This document shows, piece after piece, positions 57,379-64,000 of a stretch of DNA of 64,000 nucleotides; the stretch's first letter is position 1; every line of letters begins with the position of its first letter. The DNA comes from an uncultured Actinomycetota bacterium (GTDB lineage Bacteria; Actinomycetota; Actinomycetes; Propionibacteriales; Nocardioidaceae): NCBI GenBank assembly GCA_963781335.1, contig CAWAFS010000031.1, positions 54,059 to 118,058 on the forward strand, written 5' to 3'. The notes below the pieces were generated by a model, which was not told the DNA's origin, ran no database searches, and saw only the letters and a list, made by a program, of their open reading frames with translations. Both the position numbers and the translations under genes were made by a program.

Positions 57379-58788
57379 ATGGTTGTGGTGGGCAACCTAG
57401 GACCGGAGGTGGGCACCGAGTTGAGTGGCACGGCGCAGCACCAGGAAGCCGTACGCCGCCTGAAGGCGTCGTACGACGCGCTGGCGCCCGGGTCATCGGT
57501 GCGGCTGGCCAAACGGACCTCGAACCTGTTCCGCCCACGCGACCCGCTCTCGACGGCAGGGCTCGACGTCTCCGGCCTCAGTGCCGTGATCGCGGTGGAC
57601 CCGGAGGCCCGGACCGCGGACGTGCAGGGGATGTGCACCTATGAGGACCTCGTCGATGCGACCCTGCCGCACGGACTGATCCCGCTCGTCGTGCCGCAGC
57701 TGCGCACGATCACGCTGGGCGGCGCCGTGACCGGACTCGGCATCGAGTCGACGTCGTTCCGCAACGGTCTCCCGCACGAGTCGGTGCTGGAGATGGACAT
57801 CTTCACCGGTGGCGGCGAGATCGTGACCGCCCGCCGGGACAACGAGCACGCGGACCTCTTCGCCACCTTCCCCAACTCCTATGGCTCGCTCGGCTACGCC
57901 ACCCGGCTGCGCATCGAGCTCGAGCCGGTCCGCTCACACGTCGCCCTGCGGCACGTGCACTTCACCGACGCAGGGACGCTGCAGCAGGCGATCGCGACCG
58001 TCACCGACACCGGCCTGTGGCACGGCGAGCACGTCGATGCGATGGACGGCACGGCCTTCGAGCCCGACGAGTACTACCTGACCCTGGCGCGCTGGGTCGA
58101 CGCCTCCCCGGGGGACGGCTCGGACTACGTCGGCCAGCAGATCTACTGGCGTTCGATCCAGCAGCGGGAGATCGACCTGCTCACGACCTACGACTACCTC
58201 TGGCGCTGGGACACCGACTGGTTCTGGTGCTCGCGCGCGTTCGGGGCACAGCACCCCGTCGTACGCCGGATCTGGCCGCGTCGCCTGCGTCGCTCGGACA
58301 CCTACCACCGACTCGTGGGGCTCGACCGTCGATTCTCGATCATGGACCGCCTCGACCGTCGGGTCGGCCGGCCCCAGCGGGAGCGCGTGGTGCAGGACAT
58401 CGAGATCCCCGTCGAGCGGCTCGGCGAGTTCCTCGACTGGTTCGACCGGGACGTGGGGATGCGTCCTGTCTGGCTCTGCCCCCTGCGACTGCGGGACGAC
58501 GCCGTGTGGCCGTCGTACCCGTTGCGTCCCGGCCGGACCTACGTGAACGTCGGTTTCTGGGGCGCGGTGTCCGTCGGCGAGGACGCCCCGAACAGTCCGC
58601 TGAACCGCGCGATCGAGGACAAGGTCTCCGAGCTCGAGGGACACAAGTCGCTCTACTCCGAGTCCTTCTACGACCCAGCGACCTTCGAACGGCTCTACGA
58701 CGGCGCGAACCTTGCATCGGTGAAGAAGCGCTACGACCCGGACGACCGACTCACGAGCCTCTACGACAAGGCGGTGCGACGCAGATGA
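57379..58788 (+). CDS. FAD-binding oxidoreductase (BfaA-like, 10-methylene fatty-acyl reductase candidate)
   Basis: FAD_binding_4 pattern (VVPQLRTITLGGAVTGLGIESTSFRNGLPHE). ATGA-coupled to a CFA-synthase-family methyltransferase. Start at ATG 57379 after GGAAGG. Confidence 0.75.
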   Translation: MVVVGNLGPEVGTELSGTAQHQEAVRRLKASYDALAPGSSVRLAKRTSNLFRPRDPLSTAGLDVSGLSAVIAVDPEARTADVQGMCTYEDLVDATLPHGLIPLVVPQLRTITLGGAVTGLGIESTSFRNGLPHESVLEMDIFTGGGEIVTARRDNEHADLFATFPNSYGSLGYATRLRIELEPVRSHVALRHVHFTDAGTLQQAIATVTDTGLWHGEHVDAMDGTAFEPDEYYLTLARWVDASPGDGSDYVGQQIYWRSIQQREIDLLTTYDYLWRWDTDWFWCSRAFGAQHPVVRRIWPRRLRRSDTYHRLVGLDRRFSIMDRLDRRVGRPQRERVVQDIEIPVERLGEFLDWFDRDVGMRPVWLCPLRLRDDAVWPSYPLRPGRTYVNVGFWGAVSVGEDAPNSPLNRAIEDKVSELEGHKSLYSESFYDPATFERLYDGANLASVKKRYDPDDRLTSLYDKAVRRR

Positions 58789-60095
58789 CGCAGACGAACA
58801 ACGTGAATCCCAGCCTGGCTGGGACCCGGCTGACCCTCGCGCAGGTCTTCGAGACCCTGCTGGCGGGTCCTGCCCCGATCCGGTTCACGGCCTACGACGG
58901 CAGCGTCTACGGGCCGGAGGACGCCCGGGTGGGGCTCCACCTGAAGAACGAGCGGGGGCTGGCCTACCTGGTCACGGCGCCCGGAGACCTGGGGATGGCG
59001 CGGGCCTACGTCTCCGGCGACCTCGACGTGGTCGGGGTGCACCCGGGCGACCCCTACGAAGCGATGGTGCTGCTGCTGCGCGCCATGCGTTTTCGCCGTC
59101 CGTCCCCGACCCAGGTGGTGAGCCTGCTCCGCTCGATCGGGCTGAGCCAGATGGTGCCACCGGCACCCCCACCGCAGGAGCACCTGCCGCGGTGGCGCCG
59201 CCTGGTGGAGGGCTTCCGGCACAGTCCCGAACGTGACGGCCGCGTCATCCAGCACCACTACGACGTCTCCAACCGGTTCTACGAGCTGGTGCTCGGCCCG
59301 TCGATGACCTACACGTGCGCGCTCTACGCGACCGGCTCGGAGACCCTCGAGGTCGCGCAGCACGCGAAGTACGACCTCGTCGCCCGCAAGCTCGACCTCC
59401 AGCCCGGGCAGCGGCTGCTGGACGTCGGGTGCGGCTGGGGCGGCATGGTGCGGCACGCCGCCCGGGAGTACGGCGTCCGCGGGCTCGGAGTGACCCTGTC
59501 CCGCGAGCAGGCGGAGTGGGCCACCGCGAAGATCAACGAGGAGGGGCTCGACCACCTCGCGGAGGTCCGACACCTCGACTACCGCGACGTCGTCGAGACC
59601 GGGTTCGACGCGGTCAGCTCCATCGGCCTGACCGAGCACATCGGCGTCGACCAGTACCCGTCGTACTTCGCCTTCCTGCGCGACAGGCTCGTCCCCGGCG
59701 GGCGGTTGCTGAACCACTGCATCACCCGTCCCGACAACAAGCCGACCCAGACGGGCGCGTTCATCGACCGCTACGTCTTCCCGGACGGTGAGCTGATCGG
59801 CTCCGGGAAGATCATCACCGAGGCCCAGGACGCCGGCCTGGAAGTGCAGCACGAGGAGAACCTCCGCCAGCACTACGCGTTGACGCTGGGCGGCTGGGGG
59901 GCGAACCTCGAGGAGCACTGGGACGAGTGCGTCGCCGAGGTGGGCGAGGGGACGGCCCGGGTGTGGGGCCTCTACATGGCCGGTTCCCGGATGAGCTTCG
60001 AGCGCAACGAGATCCAGCTGCACCAGGTGCTGGCGACCCGGACCGACGAGAACGGCGTGAGCCGCTTCCCGCTGCGCCCCGACTGGATCCCCTGA
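58785..60095 (+). CDS. cyclopropane-fatty-acyl-phospholipid synthase family methyltransferase (BfaB/UfaA1-like)
   Basis: HYDVSNRFYELVLGPSMTYTCALY, SAM motif LLDVGCGWGG, and IGLTEHIG. Confidence 0.85.
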   Translation: MTQTNNVNPSLAGTRLTLAQVFETLLAGPAPIRFTAYDGSVYGPEDARVGLHLKNERGLAYLVTAPGDLGMARAYVSGDLDVVGVHPGDPYEAMVLLLRAMRFRRPSPTQVVSLLRSIGLSQMVPPAPPPQEHLPRWRRLVEGFRHSPERDGRVIQHHYDVSNRFYELVLGPSMTYTCALYATGSETLEVAQHAKYDLVARKLDLQPGQRLLDVGCGWGGMVRHAAREYGVRGLGVTLSREQAEWATAKINEEGLDHLAEVRHLDYRDVVETGFDAVSSIGLTEHIGVDQYPSYFAFLRDRLVPGGRLLNHCITRPDNKPTQTGAFIDRYVFPDGELIGSGKIITEAQDAGLEVQHEENLRQHYALTLGGWGANLEEHWDECVAEVGEGTARVWGLYMAGSRMSFERNEIQLHQVLATRTDENGVSRFPLRPDWIP

Positions 60096-60177
60096 GACGT
60101 TTGACGGTTCGCGGTGCGGAAGGGCGCACGGCGGGAGATAGTGCCGGAACGTCTCACCACCCTTCGGGAGCCACGAC

Positions 60178-61251
60178 ATGTCCGCTGCACGTGCACGCGT
60201 CCTGCTCGGGTTCGTGCTCGGCACTGCACTCCTGCTCTCGTCGTTCGGGGCCGTGGACACCGCGTCGGCGCAGACGGCAAGGGCAACCCCGGTCGGCAGC
60301 GACAAGTTCGTCACGGGCGGCTACTACCGCGGTGACTTCCCCGACCCGGCGATCGTCCGCTCGGGGAACACCTACTTCGCCTACTCGACGACGATCTCTT
60401 CGCTGAACCTTCCGGTGATCAAGTCGACCGACCTGAGGAACTGGCGGGTGGTCGGCGAGGGTCTGAAGCGGCCAGCGGCCTGGGCGCTGTCCCGCCAGGT
60501 CGGGAAGCGCCGTGTCGCACGGACGTGGGCCCCGACCGTGGCCAGGTTCGGCAACCGGTTCGTGCACGCCTACGCGACGCCCGCACGCGGGGCCAGGGAC
60601 CACCGGATGTGCATCTCGATCTCCACCTCGCGCAAGCACTGGGGTGGCTTCGTGGACCGGACCCGGCGCCCGTTCATCTGCCCGGCCAACCGCGGGGCGA
60701 TCGACCCGGAGTTCTTCCGGGGTCCCGACGGCGCGCGTTACCTGCTCTGGAAGAGCGAGCAGACGGCGTCGTACCCCAGCCAGCTCTGGAGCCACCGCAT
60801 CTCCGGCACCGGGACCAGGCTCTACTCGACCCACGGACTGCTCCTCCAGACACGTGAGGCCTGGGAGGGCCGCGTGATCGAGAATCCGTCGATGATCGCC
60901 TATGCGGGGCGCTACTACCTGTTCTACTCAGGTGGCTCCTACGCCAACTCGTCCTATGCCACGGGCTATGCCGTCTGCCGTACGCCACTCGGTCCCTGCA
61001 CCCGTGCCTCGAACCAGCCCCTGCTGGCGACCGGGGGCCAGGTCGCGGGCCCGGGCGGAGCGACGGCCTTTCTGGGTGCGTCCGGTCGGCTGCACCTGGC
61101 CTACGCGGCCTGGGACTACGGCAACACCGGCTACCCGACGTCCACCGCGTGCCTGCGCACGGCCAAGGGCTGCGCCCAGCGTCGACTGCACGTGGCCACG
61201 CTGAGCGCCACTCCCGGAACCGGGGCACTGGTGGTGACCTCGCGTGGCTAG
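60178..61251 (+). CDS. secreted glycoside hydrolase family 43-like protein (copy 1)
   Basis: Signal peptide. Candidate catalytic triad contexts FPDP, IDPEFF, ENPSM. Five-bladed propeller size. Confidence 0.65.
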   Translation: MSAARARVLLGFVLGTALLLSSFGAVDTASAQTARATPVGSDKFVTGGYYRGDFPDPAIVRSGNTYFAYSTTISSLNLPVIKSTDLRNWRVVGEGLKRPAAWALSRQVGKRRVARTWAPTVARFGNRFVHAYATPARGARDHRMCISISTSRKHWGGFVDRTRRPFICPANRGAIDPEFFRGPDGARYLLWKSEQTASYPSQLWSHRISGTGTRLYSTHGLLLQTREAWEGRVIENPSMIAYAGRYYLFYSGGSYANSSYATGYAVCRTPLGPCTRASNQPLLATGGQVAGPGGATAFLGASGRLHLAYAAWDYGNTGYPTSTACLRTAKGCAQRRLHVATLSATPGTGALVVTSRG

Positions 61252-62320
61252 CAGGAGGGCATTCGCCACGGCTGCCGGCCTGCTCGTCCTCGCCCTCCTG
61301 GCCACGACCCAGACCGTTGCGAGTGCCCGTCCCGAGCGCCCGGCGCCGGTCGGGAGCGACCCCTTCCGCGCCGGACAGCCCTATCGGGGGGACTTCCCGG
61401 ATCCCACCGTGTGGCGGGTGGGTGGTCGCTTCTACGCGGCCTCCACGACCGTGTCCGCGCTGAGCCTGCCGACGATGACCTCGACGGACCTGCGCACGTG
61501 GACCGCCAGACCTGCGAGTGACCCCGCCAGACCGGCGCTCAACGACGCGATGCCCGACCCCCCGACGTGGGCGAGGACGCAGGCGACAGCGGGTGGACGC
61601 CACTGGGCCGCCACGTGGGCGCCGTCGGTGACGCGGATCGGCACCGGCACGTTCGTGCTGGCCTACTCCGTGCCTCGGGCGAGCGACGGTCGTCGCTGCA
61701 TCTCGCTGGCTCGGAGTGCCTCGCCCCTCGGCCCGTACGTCGACTCCAGCGGCGGTCCGATCACCTGCGGAACCTATGGAGTGATCGACCCGCAGCTGTT
61801 CATCGACCGTGGCGCGATCTGGATGTACTACAAGATGGAAGGCGCTCCCGACCGGATCCTGGCACGGCGGATGAACACCTACGCGACCGGCTTCTCCGTC
61901 GGCAGCCGCAACTACACGGTGCTGACTCCGCAGCGGGCCTGGGAGGGATCGGTGGTCGAGAACCCGGCCATGTTCCGCTACCGCAACCGGCTCTACCTCT
62001 TCTACTCAGGCAACGGCTACGGGTCCTCGGCCTACGCCACCGGCTACGCCGTGTGCAGGACGGTGGTCGGACCGTGCAAGAGGATGAGCAGGCTGCTGTT
62101 CACCGGGCGCTATCTGGCCGGGCCCGGTGGCGCCACGCCGTTCCTCGACGCCGGAGGTCAGCTACGACTGGCCTACCACGCCTGGAAGGTGGGCAACGTG
62201 GGCTACCCCCGCAGCGCCTCGTGCGCCGGCACTGCGAAGGGGTGCGCGCAGCGGCGGATGTACGTCGCCACGCTGGGTCCCGCCAGGCGCGGACGGCTCG
62301 TCGTACGCCGCTGGTTCTGA
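61244..62320 (+). CDS. secreted glycoside hydrolase family 43-like protein (copy 2, tandem paralog)
   Basis: Same architecture and motifs (FPDP, IDPQLF, ENPAM, YLFYSGNGY, KGCAQRRMYVATL). GTG start overlaps the copy 1 stop. Confidence 0.65.
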   Translation: MASRRAFATAAGLLVLALLATTQTVASARPERPAPVGSDPFRAGQPYRGDFPDPTVWRVGGRFYAASTTVSALSLPTMTSTDLRTWTARPASDPARPALNDAMPDPPTWARTQATAGGRHWAATWAPSVTRIGTGTFVLAYSVPRASDGRRCISLARSASPLGPYVDSSGGPITCGTYGVIDPQLFIDRGAIWMYYKMEGAPDRILARRMNTYATGFSVGSRNYTVLTPQRAWEGSVVENPAMFRYRNRLYLFYSGNGYGSSAYATGYAVCRTVVGPCKRMSRLLFTGRYLAGPGGATPFLDAGGQLRLAYHAWKVGNVGYPRSASCAGTAKGCAQRRMYVATLGPARRGRLVVRRWF

Positions 62321-62350
62321 GCACTCCTCCAGGCAGTTAGCCTTGGTCGG

Positions 62351-63112
62351 GTGACCTCCCGGACCCCCTTCGCAGCGCTGGTGCGCGCGCGCACCGTGCT
62401 CGGCGAGCACCTGGTGCGCCTCGTGCTCGAGGTGCCCGAGGGATTCGGCTCGACCGGGGTTCCCGACGAGTGGGTGGCCCTGACCGTGCCGGGGCAGTTC
62501 CAGACGCGTTACTACACCGTTCGCTCCCTGGTCGAGAGACTGTTGACCTTGGACGTCGTGGTGCACGACCACGGGCTCGTGACCGAGTGGGCCCAGACCG
62601 ACTGCGTGGGGGACGTCGTCAGGCTCTCGGCGCCGAAGGGCTCGTTCGTGCTCGCTGCCGACGCCGGCTGGGTGGTGCTCGCCGGTGACCTCACCGGTCT
62701 GCCGGCGATGGCGCGCATCGCGGAGAGCCTGGGACCGGTGCCCGTGCAGATCCATGCCGAGGTCCCGGACGGGCCGATGCCGGACTACGTCGCGGCCCCT
62801 GTCACCTGGCACGACGCGGCACCCGGGACCAGCGAGCTCGCGGCGACGGTCCGGGCCATCAGGTGGCCAGAAGGCCCTGGCTACTTCTGGATGGCCGGTG
62901 AGTCCGCGCAGATGCGCGAGATCCGCCGCCATGCGCGGCACGACCTCGGCTGGGACACTCGCCACTACGACGTGATGGGCTACTGGAGCGGCAGTCGCGG
63001 CCGACAGGTTCGCCAGGTCGACCCCGGCCCTATCTACGCCCGCGGCAAGGCCCTGGGACGCTCGGACGACCAGATCTGGGCCGACTACGACGCTGAGCGG
63101 GAGCGCGCGTGA
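62351..63112 (+). CDS. siderophore-interacting protein (FAD-binding reductase)
   Basis: RYYTVRS, GP...W...L..GD.V....P.G.F, and C-terminal YFWMAGES..MR.IRRH....G are the SIP family pattern. Confidence 0.8.
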   Translation: MTSRTPFAALVRARTVLGEHLVRLVLEVPEGFGSTGVPDEWVALTVPGQFQTRYYTVRSLVERLLTLDVVVHDHGLVTEWAQTDCVGDVVRLSAPKGSFVLAADAGWVVLAGDLTGLPAMARIAESLGPVPVQIHAEVPDGPMPDYVAAPVTWHDAAPGTSELAATVRAIRWPEGPGYFWMAGESAQMREIRRHARHDLGWDTRHYDVMGYWSGSRGRQVRQVDPGPIYARGKALGRSDDQIWADYDAERERA

Positions 63113-64000
63113 GCCCCCAGGCGCACCGTTCCGGGTTCGCCTGCTTCGTCGGGCGTCCCAACGCCGGCAAGTCGACGCTGACCAATGCGCTCGTGGGCAG
63201 CAAGGTGGTGATCACCAGCTCCAAGCCGCAGACCACGCGCACCGTCGTACGCGGCATCGTGCACCGCCCCGACGCCCAGCTGATCCTGGTGGACACTCCT
63301 GGCCTGCACCGTCCGCGGACCTTGCTCGGCGAGCGCCTCAACGACCTCGTCACCAGCACGTGGTCAGAGGTGGACGTCGTCGGGGTCTGCTTCCCGGCCA
63401 ACGAGAAGATCGGGCCGGGGGACCGGTTCATCGTCACCGAGCTCGCCAAGGTCCGTCGCACCATCAAGGTCGCCATCGCCACCAAGACCGACCTCGCCAC
63501 CCCCGACCAGATCGGCCAGCACCTGCTCGACATCGCAGCGCTCGGCCACGAGACCGGCACCGAGTGGGCGGAGATCGTGCCGGTCTCGGCGGTGGCCGGT
63601 GACCAGGTGGAGCTCCTCGAGCGCCTGCTGATCGGGTTGCTGCCCGACGGACCACAGCTCTACCCGGACGGCGAGCTCAGCGACTCCCCGGAGGAGGTGA
63701 TCGTCGCGGAGCTGATCCGCGAAGCTGCCCTCGAGGGCGTCCACGACGAGCTGCCGCACTCGATCGCCGTGCTCGTGGAGGAGATGGCGCTCAAGGAGGA
63801 CCGTCCGGCGGACAAGCCGTTGCTGCTCATCCACGCGAGCCTGTTCGTCGAGCGCGACTCGCAGAAGGGGATCGTGATCGGGCACAAGGGGTCTCGACTT
63901 CGCGCGGTCGGCACCGAAGCGCGCAAGCAGATCGAGGCGATGCTCGGCACCCCGGTCTACCTCGACCTGCACGTGAAGATCGCCAAGGAGTGGCAGCGCG
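63109..64000 (+). CDS. era: GTPase Era (3' end beyond the window)
   Basis: Not in the track because truncated. Own translation from GTG 63109: G1 GRPNAGKST, G3 DTPG, G4 TKTD, KH domain IVIGHKGSRLRAVG. GTGA overlap with the upstream gene. Confidence 0.93.
   Translation, partial: MSPQAHRSGFACFVGRPNAGKSTLTNALVGSKVVITSSKPQTTRTVVRGIVHRPDAQLILVDTPGLHRPRTLLGERLNDLVTSTWSEVDVVGVCFPANEKIGPGDRFIVTELAKVRRTIKVAIATKTDLATPDQIGQHLLDIAALGHETGTEWAEIVPVSAVAGDQVELLERLLIGLLPDGPQLYPDGELSDSPEEVIVAELIREAALEGVHDELPHSIAVLVEEMALKEDRPADKPLLLIHASLFVERDSQKGIVIGHKGSRLRAVGTEARKQIEAMLGTPVYLDLHVKIAKEWQR

Noticed and set aside
60096-60177. 9-bp inverted repeat TGAGACGTT ... AACGTCTCA with a 47-nt spacer after the methyltransferase gene
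   Set aside because: It could be a terminator or leader structure, but the loop is long and there is no supporting feature. Too weak to call.

Overview
This is a high-GC actinobacterial chromosome segment. Gene content and order resemble Nocardioidaceae/Propionibacteriales, but that is a guess I could not check. All family calls come from motifs I recognised in the translations, because no database search was possible.

Most of the window is a conserved housekeeping backbone: leuS ... degV-comEA-comEC-holA / rpsT / lepA / hemW / hrcA-dnaJ-rsmE / phoH-ybeY-corC / era. Metabolic, regulatory and secreted-protein genes are interspersed. I saw no rRNA, tRNA or CRISPR array.

The main points of interest are:

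1. **Accessory islet (about 5.03-9.98 kb).** It sits just after leuS and holds small, unrelated, partly decayed genes: mazEF, GNAT, TetR, cupin and membrane ORFs. Nearly every gene junction carries a same-orientation TGCCGC-core repeat. These include two nested pairs of perfect 20-bp direct repeats. A DUF222/HNH gene lies at the right edge and no integrase is visible. This is my best candidate for something undescribed, namely a cassette or recombination-site array.
2. **phoH intein.** phoH is interrupted by a 359-aa intein. It has an Ala1 N-terminus, the Trp/Cys/Thr (class 3) signature and a LAGLIDADG endonuclease domain.
3. **Secreted phytase fusion.** A roughly 900-aa secreted protein fuses a beta-propeller phytase to two copies of an unassigned ~215-aa domain that flank a PKD domain.
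4. **Apparent frameshifts.** Four genes look frameshifted by a single base: GNAT, TetR, degV and a Clp-N protein. Several gene remnants are also present. These are either real decay or indel errors in the assembly.
5. **Smaller items.** A BfaA/BfaB-like 10-methyl fatty acid gene pair, a PHM/DBH-like copper monooxygenase lipoprotein, tandem GH43-like paralogs, CIRCE, and candidate GlnR, TetR, PadR and HTH operators.
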